Assembly (NCBI RefSeq): GCF_001194135.2
Contig: NC_068984.1
Span: 130,723,725-130,787,724, forward strand
DNA from: Octopus bimaculoides
Taxonomy: Eukaryota
DNA length: 64,000 bases
Reading direction: 5' to 3'
The translations under genes were made by a program, and so were the position numbers. Shown piece by piece: positions 25,428-39,465 of this stretch (position 1 is its first letter; every line of letters begins with the position of its first letter). The notes under the pieces are model-generated. The model made no database searches, was not told the DNA's origin, and saw only the letters and a program-made list of their open reading frames with translations.

Positions 25428-27790
25428 CTTTTCCATTCTTCCCAGGTGTCAAATTTCGTTTTGGTATTTATGGGAGCAGCTGTTTTCGAAGACTCATATT
25501 GTCGTTCAATGCTCGAAATGAGGAGTAGATAGACCGCCGACAACTGATGAAGGGTCGTTCTTTATGTTGCTTGCCCTGTTTTCCATTGTTTCTCTCGTTG
25601 TTTGCGTATTGAACTCATTTGTTTTCGTATGTGAAAAACTGTGGTGATGGTGGTGGAGGGGAAAGTGGTTAAGTCAAACGTATTGATGGTGGTGGCGTCA
25701 AAAGTCTGAATGATGTGTGCGTATGGCAGTTGTGGTGGTGATGGTGGTGGTACTAGTGATGTTGATGGTTGAAAACAATCAACAGATGGAAAAGGAGAGA
25801 GAAAGAAAAGGGTTAGGCAGAAAAAAAATTGTACTGACCCCCGAATGTTGTTTATCATGCAGCTTTGCAATAAGTTCCAAGTCGACAAATTATATCATTG
25901 TTTTGATGATAATTGTTCATTGCTTGAAAAATATTGGTCAAGTTTAATAAAATTTGATAAGTACTCAATGCATGAAGTGTCATTGTTGGGCCCAAGGCCC
26001 CAATGAAGAGCCCTCCACAGGAGCTAGCTTAAAAACCGCCCGATAACCATGGCTCAAGTGAATGGGTTTGCACTGAATATATGCCTGTAGACATGGAAAT
26101 AACAGTTGAATGGGGGGGAATTACCTTAGGCAGTCAGGGTTATCCTTGAAACGAGAAGGTTTCTCGTTTGGCCCCAGGTGGCGTTCTTCCTCTCTGGAGT
26201 TTCTATCTCATATTTATATATACCATTCTTTTCTGTCTTTCACCTGCCTGGTTTCTGCGTAAATCCCCAACGCCTTTTGTAACCTAATCCTATAATGTTC
26301 CCTCGTCCATGGCTATTTTGGTTCCAAAGTAAAATATTATTAGGGTACAATGGATCATTTAGTAATAGAATCATCAACATCATCTTCATTTAATGTCCAT
26401 TTTCCCATGCTGCGTAGGTCAGACAAAATTTGTTGGAACAAATTTTCTACGACCGAATGCCCTTCCTGTCACCACCCCTCACCTGTTCCCAAGCAAGGTC
26501 ATACTTTCCCATGGAAGAATGGGAACAAACAACCTCACTTGTAGGACGAGGATGCTCATTTATAACCGTCACAAACAGATACGTGCATATACGTATACAT
26601 ACGTATATAAATATGTAAAAATACATACATACATACATACACACACCCAAGGTGCTGTTCAGTGGCACTGAATCCAAGACCACATGATTGAGAAGCGAGC
26701 TTCTTAAAAACACAGCCAAGCTTTGCATCTATAAGAAAATAAGATTGGATGGTCACGGACGGAACATCCTTTGTTAGAGGTGTGATTGATTATGCCTTAC
26801 CGGTGGGGGGGGGGAGTAAACAACAAACACCAGTCAAAATAATTACAAATAATATTTTTATTTTTATCTTTATTTGGGATTTTTAATTACTTTTATAAAT
26901 GAGCATTCTCGAAATTCAGATAAATTTTCGAATGTTCCATGTCATTCTAAAGGATAAAAACAATGGAAGTATTTAAAAGGTCATTTAAAATATCATAATT
27001 GACAGATAAATTACATCAGAATTGTTGCACTGAAATGGTTATACAATTTCAATGTATTCTTCATCTTTGATTAAGACTCTCTGGGCAAGTCACTTGGCCA
27101 GCTAGAAATAGCAGCCAAATCTACATCAACTCTCACCTTACCGCCCTAAAAAGGAAAGGCACGTCGGACAGTGTAGACGTAAATATACAAAAAAGAAAAT
27201 AGACAGGATAGCCTCGGCTGGTGCGCCTTTGTTCATAAGCTGGCTCAATCCAGGTTTACCTGGGGTTAAACAATAGCAACATCGTGAAACCTGAAAGCCA
27301 ACCATTTATATCTGGAGCGTAGATACACATGGCGGCCTTAACTAAGTACTTGATGCTGCGGCGGAGAGGGTAAAGCGAATTGACAAAAGCAAAAGACCAC
27401 AAGTAGTAGAACATGGGAAGATAAAGTTTCTCTGGGAAGGAGAACGTTGTAAACCATCCACTTTAAGGAAAAAGAATTATCCAAAATGGGATACCGGTTG
27501 TCAAGCAGTGCTGTGAGACAAAAAAGCACACACACACACATATGACGGGCTTCTTTCAGTTTCCGGCTACCAAATCCACTCACAAGGCTTTGATCGACCT
27601 GAGGTTATAATACTATATAGAAGATACGTGCCTAAAGTACCACGCAGTGGGACTGAACTTGAAATCGTATAGTTGGGAAGCTAGCTTTTTGCCACATAGC
27701 CATGCCTATCACAGAAAAAATAAAATATATAGTTTGTTTCTGTTTTCCATTTATTTTAATCTTTATATTTCATCAATGATTTTTAACAGA

Positions 27791-28445
27791 TCAGTCAATA
27801 ATATATTCTCCTTCATTGTTCACGACATCTTGCCAACGTTCCACTAACTTATCAATGCCTTGACGGTAAGAATCATTGGATCTTGACTCGAAGAAGCCAC
27901 TGAGCTACGTTTTAGGTTCCACGTGGTTGTTGAATGAAATGCCTCGGAGACTGTTCAAGAACGACCGAAAAAGATGATAATCAGGAGAATATGGTGGGTG
28001 CGGTAGAACTTCCAAACCGAATAGCATTTTTGGCGAATTTAGCGACAAGTGGCGCCCGCCAAATCAGAAAGATCCTTTAGAGTCAATATTTACGAATCAT
28101 AAGGTAGTGAGCTGGCAGAATCGTAAGCACATGGGGCAAAATACTTAACGGCATTTTGTCTCACTTTACGTTCGGAGTTCAAGTACCACCGAGGGCGATT
28201 TTGCCTTTCATCCATTCGGAGTCGAAGAAGCACGCCGGGTTGCTGGTTGAATCGTTTCAGCTACATTGCCCATTGAGTAGAGTTGACGGCCGGCCGTATG
28301 AGAGCGAGCATCCTATCTACTGAGTCAATTCCCAGTGGATTGGCGCAGATCCTCGTGGGTGAGATCGTTCAATCGATACTCGTTGAACTGAACAGTGAAA
28401 TCGAATTTCCATTCCTTGAAGTGTGAGAACCGTTTCTTCGCAGTT
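27791..28445 (-). mobile_element. Mariner transposase remnant, centre replaced by unrelated sequence
   Basis: N-terminal TAKKRFSHFKE..F..RLNDLTHEDLRQST (28225-28445) and C-terminal LEVLPHPPYSPDYHLFRS...GIDKLVERWQDVVNNEGEYIID* (27791-28018). Confidence 0.85.
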
Positions 28446-28904
28446 NNNNNNNNNNNNNNNNNNNNNNNNNNNNNNNNNNNNNNNNNNNNNNNNNNNNNNN
28501 NNNNNNNNNNNNNNNNNNNNNNNNNNNNNNNNNNNNNNNNNNNNNNNNNNNNNNNNNNNNNNNNNNNNNNNNNNNNNNNNNNNNNNNNNNNNNNNNNNNN
28601 NNNNNNNNNNNNNNNNNNNNNNNNNNNNNNNNNNNNNNNNNNNNNNNNNNNNNNNNNNNNNNNNNNNNNNNNNNNNNNNNNNNNNNNNNNNNNNNNNNNN
28701 NNNNNNNNNNNNNNNNNNNNNNNNNNNNNNNNNNNNNNNNNNNNNNNNNNNNNCTGACAACCCAATAAAAAAGCTAATATATATATATATCCAGTGGACC
28801 CCGTTTAACTTTGTTGTCTTAGAAGTTGAAGCCGAATGGTTAAGGAATACTCTTTATAATCACGTGGCTCCAGTTTTTGGTCTTACTGTAAGGTATTTCA
28901 AGGA

Positions 28905-29793
28905 AATGTTCTTTAACATCGATTTCAAATTTTGGCACAAGGCCAGCAGTCTCAGGGAAGGGTTAGTCGATTACATCGACTCCAGTGCTCAACTGGTACG
29001 AAAGGCTGAAAAGCAAAGTCGACCTCGGCGGAATTTGAACTCAGAACACGAAGACAGATGAAATACTGAGAAGCATTTCGCTCGACGTGATAACGACTCT
29101 ACCAACTCGCCGCCTTCGAAATGTTATTTAATATCAATAGGTGTGTGTTTATGAATATTGGCTCCATACCTGCACAAGTATTTGGAGCTGTAATCGTCTC
29201 ATTTCAGGAACTATATTGTTATTTCAAATATTACGCATATCTATTCAAGTCAAATTTAAAAAACAACAACAACAAAACAATAAAAAAATCGATCAAAAAT
29301 AAGAAAATACACTGTCTTCAAAATAATATGAAACGAATTTTTTAAACTTCAACATATAAGGGAAATAAAAATACTGATTCTTTTTTCTAAAGGAAATAAA
29401 AATAAATTTGGACAGAACATAAGGAAGGGAAGATGTTACACAAAAATAATTATTACCAAATTATTATATGGGGCCATATTTGGTTTTTCTTTTATTATTT
29501 GATCTCTTTAGTTGTATGTTTTCTTTTTCATAATGTATGTAAATGTTGTGTAATATTTGTACTATCCTATCAATAGGATTCATGAATATTGGTTTCAAAT
29601 TTTGGCACCAGGCCAGCAATTTCGGGGGAGGGAGCTATCGATTATATCGACCCCAGTGCTCAACTGGCGTTTATTTCATTGACTCCGAATGGATGAAAGA
29701 CAAAATCGCCCTCGGTGGTACTTGAACTCCGAACGTAAAGTGAGACAAAATGCCGTTAAGCATTTTGCCCCGTGTGCTTACGATTCTGCCAGC
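28905..29793 (-). mobile_element. Two Meta-type SINE copies (28905-29118, 29590-29793)
   Basis: Same core and head. Confidence 0.7.
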
Positions 29794-30228
29794 ATGATTC
29801 GTAAATATTGATTCTAAAGGATCTTTCTGATTTGGCGGGCGCCACTTGCTTTCTTAACAAAACATTTTCAAACTTGGAACACTGGTAGAATGTGTCATAT
29901 AAAACATTTTTTACTCTTAGTGTTATTGAGAAAATGTTATCTTTTTAAAGTTATTTTGTGTTAAAATTGACGTATTTCGGTAATTTTAACCAATCACTGA
30001 CGTCTATTGAGGTGAAAACAATTACTGCTGTGGAATGTAAACAACACGTTCTAGCGGTGTAATGGGATCTTTTCCCTTGAATAAAATTAGTGCCGTTGTT
30101 TGTCAACAACAACTATCGGCGGTACTGTTATTTATGACATCGTTCGTGCATTTGTACTGGTTTTAGCTTTAGGGTTTTAGGGTTAGGGTTCGGGTTAGGG
30201 TTATGAGTAAAATGCTCATAACCCTAAC
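29794..30228. mobile_element. Unclassified DNA element ending in TTAGGG-like repeats and a 14-bp hairpin (Helentron/HINE-like?)
   Basis: GTTAGGGTTATGAG-TAAAATG-CTCATAACCCTAAC at 30194-30228. Confidence 0.45.
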
Positions 30229-31284
30229 TCTGGACGATTTGATTGAGGACTGGCGGACCAGATGGCTGCACTAGGCTCCAATCTGATCTGGCAGAGTTTC
30301 TACAGCTGGATGCTCTTTGTAACGCCAACCACTCCGAGAGTCTAGTGGGTGCTTTTATGTGCCACTGGCATGAGGGCCATTCAGGCGTATATGTATATAT
30401 AAGAACACAAGTGGCACGCCAAACTCACAACGGTTGTTTTGGCAGCATTTTATTGATGCATCCTTAGATTACATCATATTAAAAACATGCCATTATCATG
30501 TAAATTTTAAACACACACACACACACACACACACACCTGTATGTATGTGTAGATAGATAGATAGATAGATAGATACATATGTGTGTGTGTGTGTGCATGT
30601 ATGGATGTATGTGTATCTTTGTGTTGCGTTTCGCATCAACCACTGCTCGACAACTGATGTAGAATAAGTACCAGACTTCAAGAAAACAAGTACTGGGTTT
30701 GATTTTTTTTTTTACTAAACCCTTCAAGGTGGTGCTTCAGCATGGCTGCAGTCCAACGATTAAAACAAGTAAAAGATAAAAGAAACAAAAAAACTCATGG
30801 TTAACCTCCCCAGGTACACTTCCCCATCCATTGACTAGCATGGCATGCACATACCACTTACCACTCAGTTCTAGCATGACCTCGGTACAGTTTACTTTTT
30901 TCCATACAGTAGTAGTATGTGATGATTCAGAGATCGGGTTTCAAATTTAGGTTATCTTCACTGCTAATTGTTATGAGATATCACATCTACTCCTTACACT
31001 CACACACATACACATGTATACATATACTTATATATATATATGTCCATGGATATATAAAAGACACTTGTATGAAAGATATACATACACACGCATTCACATA
31101 CGATAACATAAATAATATTAGTTTCATTTCAAGATAACACAGTTGGCTGCTGTTGGTGAAGATGGTGTGGTTGGTGGCAGTTGCAATGATGGTGTTGTTC
31201 TTATTGGTGGTGGTCGTCGTGGTGATGGTATTCAACGCTGTTAATGATGTTAGTGGCTTTTATGATGATGTTGTTTAACCGCAG

Positions 31285-31650
31285 GTCAGCAGTTCAAATT
31301 CCGCTGAGGTCAACTTTGCCTTTCATCTTTTCAGGGTCGATAAAATAAGTACCAGTGTTAACTGGTACTTATTTTGGGGTTGATATAATTGACTTACTCC
31401 TCCCCTAAAATTGCTGACCTTGTGCTGAAATTTGAAACCATTATTAAGGGGACAAGCTGGCAGAATTGTTAGTAAACCAGACAAATTGCTTAATGGCATT
31501 TCTCCCAGCTTTACAATTTGAATTCAAATTCCACCGAAGTTAACTTTGCTTTTCATCCTTTCAGGGTCAGTAAACTAAAACACTGATTAAGTACTAGGGT
31601 TACTGTAATTGACTTGCTTCCTCTACAGAACATTGTTAGCCCTGTGCCAA
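31285..31650 (+). mobile_element. Two tandem Meta-type SINEs
   Basis: Same core, head-to-tail. Confidence 0.65.
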
Positions 31651-31656
31651 AATTAA

Positions 31657-31878
31657 CCCTTCTGTTACCATACTTTCGTTGAGATACACCCTTTTTATTT
31701 CAATTAATTTTGAAAATAATAAAGAATTTACTAAAATATCTTGGTCATTACTAAGTTGGTAATTAGGACATAAATTAACATGGAAGCTTAATGAGAAATT
31801 TTTATTTAGATCACCTTAAAACAGGAAGTCTGTAACATAGAAGCTAGGGCAGTCTTGGGCAAGTTGGTATCAAAAGGG
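31657..31878. mobile_element. piggyBac-like MITE family A
   Basis: TTAA|CCCTTCTGTTACC ... GGTATCAAAAGGG|TTAA. Confidence 0.75.
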
Positions 31879-31960
31879 TTAAAAAGAATTATGAAATTGG
31901 TATTTAGAATATAAATCAATATGAAATTTTGGTGGAAGGTTTTAATTTATGATACTTTAA

Positions 31961-32181
31961 CCCTTTAGCATTCACATTATTCTATCAAATCTAATGCTTA
32001 TTTATTCACATTGTTTTGAATTAATCATGCACTATCTTGTAGCTATGAGATTTTGATGAGGCAACAATTAATGTTTTAGAATGGCATTGTAGGGTAGGTG
32101 GGAGAAACCAAATCTGGCCAGTTTGAACATAAAACAGGTAGAATAATTTGGCTGGATATGGCTGGTTTAAATACTAAAGGT
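31961..32181. mobile_element. piggyBac-like MITE family B, nested in a family-A fragment
   Basis: TTAA|CCCTTTAGCATT ... AATACTAAAGGT|TTAA. Confidence 0.75.
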
Positions 32182-33788
32182 TTAAAGCAGAAAGTTTCTT
32201 TCTATCATAGAATCGAGTATGGTTTCAGGCAGCTAGGCATCAAAAGGGTTAAACTATCAAAGTTTTTGGTACAAGGATAAGAATTCAAGAATTGAAACAT
32301 TTTAACAATTGTTTTGAATGTTTTGGATAACATATATAATTGTCTAATGAACAACATATATTATTTCAAAGACTATTTCACTTCTGAGTGGTTAGTAGTT
32401 TGCAAGGCATCTAACCGTAAAAAAAACACCATGTAAATATCCAAATCCTGCCTCTCCACTCCTTCTAGAAAGCTTTTCCCCCCATAGTGGCAGTAGCTTG
32501 AGAAAATAGATGTAAAAAGTATTCGAAATAAAAGACAAACTAAGAGTGCATGAAAATTCTTTTAAAAAATAAAAGAGATTATTTATATTTGAAGGATCAG
32601 AGTTTTGGTTATATGGATGTTTAAGGAATATAATGTTCCTATTATTAGTTGGAAAAAATTAAAATTATAAAATGTTGAAGGAATGAAAATAAGATGTCAA
32701 GAGGTTCGAAAAAAAATATATATACAAATATATATATTGTGGTTGTCAAACACAGTCGAGCTTTGACAAGAAAGTCACATTGAAATCTTTAGGGACTGTT
32801 TCAAAGAATTTATCTCATTTTAACTTAAAGAATTGTGGTGTTATTAACCAAATAGCATCTGTCACTAAGTTGTTCACTTCTCTCACAATTTAAAAGATAA
32901 AGAAAATAAAAAACAGAAAAAACATGACGGAAAACTCTCATGTTTCATTTTACCTTTTTATTTAATGTTCTTGTTTTTCTGTGGCAGCTTAAGTAAACTA
33001 AATTCTTTCATTCTATTTGAAAAATATTTCCCACTATTTTCAGCCACATGTTTTTTCTGACTTAATTTCCACTTCTCAGATATGAAATGTCTCCCATTAC
33101 ACACTGAAAGTATCTTCTGAAACGAGAGAGTACCTCCATCTTCTCTAGATTTTGTAGCATGAATGAGATAAGAGAAATATAAAAATTACAACCAGCTGTA
33201 TCATAAAAAAAAAATTACTTCTGATAACCAATAAGAACTAATAAATAAAGAAAAGACATGATTCGTCCTAAGGTTATTTTCCACACAAGACTTGTTAGGA
33301 ACCAAAAGATGTCAAAGACATTATCTTCAATGTCTTTTTGTATTTTTCTCTTTTTTATGTTTCATTTTCTTATTTAAATTCAAATCCAAATACAGTTTGA
33401 CAAAGAAAGTAGTTTCAAATTCCATTTGAAGTTACCGAGTTCAATTTTGTTTATTTTACAACTCTTGTTCAATAAGAGACAAAACAAAAGTCATTATAAT
33501 TCGAGAACAAACAAAGTTGAGGCTGTAATAATATCTTAAACTGCTGTCAGTCATGAACTGAGGAGGAGTAGAGGAGATTCAGATGAATAGATAAAAATAA
33601 CGATTAGGAAAGAAACAAGCAGAGAGATAACAGAGCTACAAAGTTGTTATTTGCCAGAGATTTACTGGTGTGAAATTATGATTCTGTAGTGCCAGTTTAA
33701 CATGTTAACTGCCTCACACTGCATACTATTTAATTGCAAGGAAATGTAATTTTTCACATTTTTACAATATTTCATAATTAAACTTTAA

Positions 33789-33994
33789 CCCTTTAGTATT
33801 TAAACTGGCCATATCCAACCAAAATAATCTACCTGTTTTATGTTCAAACTGGCCAGATTCAGCCTCTCACACCTAGCCTAAAAAATATACAGTCACATAA
33901 TCAAAATCTCAAAGCTACAAGATAATCAGGATAAATTCAAAACAATGTGAATAATAAGTGTTACATTTGATAGGGTAATCTGAATGCTGCAGGG
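33789..33994. mobile_element. piggyBac-like MITE family B, opposite orientation; another partial copy at 45347-45475
   Basis: TTAA|CCCTTTAGTATT; similar to the reverse complement of 31961-32181. Confidence 0.7.
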
Positions 33995-34504
33995 TTCATA
34001 TTTAGCACTCCTGTTATTTAAATATCATTGATTCCATGTCAAAGATACAGAAAAAAAAAATTTCTCAAATGATGAAGTGTACTACTGGTGATGCATATTG
34101 CAGTTGCATGAAGTTTGTGATGAACCACTGTTGGTACATGTGGAGGTTAAAGTGTCAAAGAACATGAGGTCAATTCTAAAGCAAATATTTCCTTATGTTT
34201 CTGAAGTTGGGTACTTTATTCTACATTACCTCAGTTTGGTACCTAATTGGTATCAAACTACATTCAGCTTCTGCCAAAAATTCAAAAAGTGTTTCTTCCA
34301 AAAGCTATTATACAGCTGAACTTCACCTTTTATAATTGAAGTGTATGCATATATGTCTGTGCAGTAGCATTCTGGATTCTGTCCCACTGTGCTGTACCTT
34401 GGGCATGTGTCATTCTACTATAGCCCTAGGCTGACCAATACCTTGTGAATGAATTTAATAGACAGAAACTGTGTGGAAGCCTGTCATATGTATACATATA
34501 TACA

Positions 34505-34548
<44 letters not shown>

Positions 34549-34865
34549 NNNNNNNNNNNNNNNNNNNNNNNNNNNNNNNNNNNNNNNNNNNNNNNNNNNN
34601 NNNNNNNNNNNNNNNNNNNNNNNNNNNNNNNNNNNNNNNNNNNNNNNNNNNNNNNNNNNNNNNNNNNNNNNNNNNNNNNNNNNNNNNNNNNNNNNNNNNN
34701 NNNNNNNNNNNNNNNNNNNNNNNNNNNNNNNNNNNNNNNNNNNNNNNNNNNNNNNNNNNNNNNNNNNNNNNNNNNNNNNNNNNNNNNNNNNNNNNNNNNN
34801 NNNNNNNNNNNNNNNNNNNNNNNNNNNNNNNNNNNNNNNNNNNNNNNNNNNNNNNNNNNNNNNNN

Positions 34866-34921
<56 letters not shown>

Positions 34922-35949
34922 TGTATATATGTATGTATGTATGTATATATATAATATGTATGTATATATGTATGTGTGTGTGGCTTTGAGTCTGTCCTCC
35001 ACAATACTTGACAACTGGTGTTTATTTGTTTACATTCCTGCATCCTAGCAGTTGAAAAAAAGAGTCCAATAGGAAAAAAATAATAAAGAAAGAAATCCTT
35101 GGGTTGACTTGTGTGACTAAAACCCCTCGGGGCAGTGCCCAAGCAAGGCTGCAGTCAAGTGATTGAAACAAGCACAACATAAGATAAGACAATATCAGAT
35201 AAGACAATAATTAATTCATTTACAAGTAAAAACTAAGCAAAAAATATATAAATAATTCTTGAAATGAAATCAGGCTAATTATATGGAACTTTAACAGAAA
35301 TGCCTTGTTTGTTTCTATTTTTTGTTATCTTTGAGTAATTTTGAATTCCATCCTAAAACTGTTATATTTTTCTCTCATTTTACATGATACAAAGGCATTG
35401 ATAACATCAAGATTTTCAATGCTTTATGAGAAAGGGTGAAATGAAGCCAACAGTCTTTTGGTTTATTGAGATTTTTAAATATGATAAAATCTATTTCAAC
35501 TTGCTGAAAGATCACTCACAGCTAGAAATTAAAATAGCAATAGTGATTATTATCTGAAAAACTAATCTCAAATTTGGAAAAAAGAAAAAAAAAACAGAAA
35601 AAGTTATCTTCATACTGAACAATAAACTTAGAAATCTGGATGTTTGGGAGACTTTTCCAGAAACATCTTACAGTGCAAGATATCTTCATAAGGTTCAGAT
35701 TTGTATGTATCAATGTTATAAAACTGTGCATGATTGAGACAAACTTTTTGAAAGCATGGCTGTGTGGTTAAGAAGCTTACTTTGTGACCATGTGGTTTCA
35801 GGTTCAGTTCCATTTTTCAACAAGTATCTTCTACAATAACCCCAGACAGACCAATGCCTAGTGAGTGAATTTGATCAACAGAAACTGTGTGGAAGCCTGT
35901 CATTTCTATTTATCTATCTATCTGTCTGTCTGTGTATTTATCTGTATGT

Positions 35950-36340
35950 TGTTGTTGGCATCCTTTCGTCTTGGGAGACAATGGAATTGCGCATAAACCA
36001 ATCCAGTCTGGTTTTTACATTTCATGTCCTCTCCAGTTTTGCGCAAGCCTGGGCACGATGTAAGAAAATCCTGGGTAACCCAATCGTCAGGGTTCTTCTC
36101 TCGACCTTGCTGCCGTAGTCCAAAGGAGTGCAGAGCATTACGTTTGGCACCAGCTTGGTTGCAGGAGCTGCCAGAAGAGCATCTAATCGAACACTAAACC
36201 GCTTATGGGGCTCCACTCTGGATTTCTTTGAAGGTTGTCTCCTTTCCGTAACCCTGGATAGGGGCCCATACTGGGTACTGTCAGCCGGAGCCAGCTGAAC
36301 CCAGGACTCGTGTCAGGCAGGGTCGTCACTCCCTGAAGTA
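35950..36340 (+). mobile_element. Probable RTE LINE 5' region
   Basis: GC-richer block with TTTGGCACCAGCTTGGTTGCAGGAGCTGCC, recalled as RTE/BovB-type 5' UTR; no ORF evidence. Confidence 0.4.
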
Positions 36341-37582
36341 GTGAAGAAAATCGCTATGTATGTATATATATGTGTTTCTGTGTTTGTCCTTCATCACTGN
36401 NNNNNNNNNTTGACATTGACTTCAAGCAGAAGGGGGGTGGCATTATATCATTTGTATTTCTCTCTGCTCTGTTTACTTACAACACACATTGTCTGTTGGT
36501 AGGCCGAGGGCAGTTGATTTCTCTCACTTTCAGTGTTATTATATTCTGACATCAAAAAAAAAAAAAAAAAAACAGAAAGAAAGAAAAAGAAAAGAAAACT
36601 CCAAGCAAACAAACACTTTTTGCACCCCATCCCACCTCCACCTCTCTTGGTCCCTTCTCCCTGATAAACAAGACATAGGAAGGTTCTGGAAAGAAATCAA
36701 CAGATGATATTAACAGAAATATGGTACAAGTGAATACAAAGACCCAGTCTTTGGTAACTCATAAGCAATAGTAGTAGTAGTAGTAACAACGACAATGACA
36801 ATGACAATGACGACGGCAATGGTGATGATGATGATGATGATGATGATAATATGCAGTTTGTATACATTCATGTTAAAGTGACACACCCCTTTCTATCCAT
36901 TGAAGGGTAACTTTTTGTTTAGGATTCTTGGAGAGAGAGAGAGAGAGAGAGAGAGAGGGTGAGAGAGATGCAGAGAAAAATAAACAGACATCTGGAGACA
37001 GAGAGAGAAAGAGAGAATGTGGGGCATGAGAGAGAGTGTGGAGAGAGATATGCAGATGGAATTAGACAGAGACATCAAAAGAGACTGAGAGAGAGAGCGA
37101 GTCAGAGAGACGGATTGCTAGATAGATAGATAGATAGACAGATAGATAGATAGGTAGATAAATAGATAAATAGATAGACAGACAATCATCGTTTAACATC
37201 TGTTTCCATGCTAGCATGGGTTGGACGATTTGACTGAGGACTGGCAAGCTAGAAGGCTGCTCCAGGCTCCAATCTATCTATCTATATATATATATATNNN
37301 NNNNNNNNNNNNNNNNNNNNNNNNNNNNNNNNNNNNNNNNNNNNNNNNNNNNNNNNNNNNNNNNNNNNNNNNNNNNNNNNNNNNNNNNNNNNNNNNNNNN
37401 NNNNNNNNNNNNNNNNNNNNNNNNNNNNNNNNNNNNNNNNNNNNNNNNNNNNNNNNNNNNNNNNNNNNNNNNNNNNNNNNNNNNNNNNNNNNNNNNNNNN
37501 NNNNNNNNNNNNNNNNNNNNNNNNNNNNNNNNNNNNNNNNNNNNNNNNNNNNNNNNNNNNNNNNNNNNNNNNNNNNNNNNNN

Positions 37583-37624
<42 letters not shown>

Positions 37625-37990
37625 GGAGGGGGAGAATGAGAAAGATTAAAAAAGGAGCAAGGAATATAGATGTACTTAATAACCAACCATACAATAAACA
37701 ACATATGGTCTATAGCTGATGGTGACCCTTAATAAACACAAAAGTGTCACCATTAAGGAGGGATTAGTTATTAGCTTTCTGCTGCCTGGTGGTTATTAGA
37801 CTAATTCCCTAAACTGCAGCTGGCTCTGGGGTTACACTACTGCTGTTGCTGCGACAGCTGATGCTGGTGATAGTAGTAGTGGTGGTGGTAGTACCGGTGG
37901 TGGTGGTGGTGGTTGCGGTGATGATTGTGGTGGTGTCGATAGTGGTAGAGGTTGTGGTGGTGGTGGTGGTGGCAGTTGTGATAGTGGTTA

Positions 37991-38021
<31 letters not shown>

Positions 38022-38748
38022 TTCTGTTTTAGGCACAAAGGGTGAAGGTTAGCCAACACCATCAACCTCTGTACTCAGTTTGGTTGCTTTATTCTACTGA
38101 AGTCCAGACTGATGAAAGCAAGGTTGACCTCAGTACAATTTGAACTCAAAACTGTAAAGAGCTGAAACAAATCTTGCAAGGCATTTCGTCCAGTGCCATA
38201 ACGATCCTGCCATTTATCTTGCACTTCTCATGTTAAGTCTCTCTTTTATCCTCTCCCAACTTGTTTCTATATGATGTAAAGTGTGACTGGAGGAACCAAC
38301 CAACCAACCAACCAACATTTATGTCAGTTATTATATACAGGGTGCCATTGTTGCCATTTTACATTTTTAATTTCTTGCATGAGCATCGTTTGTTTTTGAT
38401 TTAGTCAACTACACAGGCTAATACACCATGTTTGTTGTTCCCTCACTTGATTTTGTCTTCTGTTTCTTTGTACAATTTCGAACCATATATCATCATCATC
38501 ATCGTTATCGTCGCTTAACGTCCATCTTCCATGCACACATGGGTAGGATGGTTCACTGGAGCTGGCCAGGCAGAAAAACTACCCTATGCTAGTGTCTATT
38601 TTGGCAGGGTTTTTATGGCTGGATGCCCTTCCTAAAACCAACCACTCTGCAGATTGACTTAGTGCTTTTTACGTGGCACAAGCACAAACAAGGTTAGTTT
38701 TGGCATGATTTTTGCAGCTGGATGCCCTTCCAATGCCAACCACTTTAC

Positions 38749-38789
<41 letters not shown>

Positions 38790-38863
38790 CCAAGAAGAAC
38801 TCATATTGCAGTACAATGAAGGATAGTAGGTCAAAACTTCAAAGTCACTATCACTCCTCTTCT

Positions 38864-39253
38864 GTTGTTGTTGTTGGCACTCCGTCGCTTACGATGTCGA
38901 GGGTTCCAGTTGATCCGATCAACGGAACAGCCTGCTCGTGAAATTAACGCGCAAGTGGCTGAGCACTCCACAGACACGTGTACCTTTAACGTAGTTCTTG
39001 GGGATATTCAGCGTGACACAGTGTGACAAGGCTGACCCTTTTGAATTACAGGCACAACAGAAACAGGAAATAAGAGTGAGAGAAAGTTGTGGTGGAAGAG
39101 TACAGCAGGGTTCGCCACCATCCCCTGCCGGAGCCTCATGGAGCTTTAGGTGTTTTCGCTCAATAAACACTCACAACGCCCAGTCTGGGAATCGAAACCG
39201 CGATCCTATGACCGCGAGTCCGCTGCCCTAACCACTGGGCCATTGCGCCTCCA
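38864..39253 (-). mobile_element. OR1-like SINE, full length
   Basis: 12-bp TSD CACTCCTCTTCT. Confidence 0.85.
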
Positions 39254-39434
39254 CACTCCTCTTCTAGAAAGAGTCTAATAAATATGTACTTTATAAAAAA
39301 AAACAAAATAAGTACTGAGTAATTTTTCAGTTTAATGTTTATTTTTATTGTAACTCGACATAAAAAAAAACATTAATATATATGTTTATACACACACCAA
39401 GATATATAGTTAGGCAATTATCTATCTCTCTGTC

Positions 39435-39465
<31 letters not shown>

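Noticed and set aside
25541-25575. CTGATGA followed by AGGGTCGTTC
   Set aside because: No closing stem II or GAAA, so not a hammerhead
32260-35520. Repeat-poor AT-rich stretch that might hide a gene or UTR
   Set aside because: No recognisable exon or protein motif in any frame; a lncRNA cannot be excluded without RNA data
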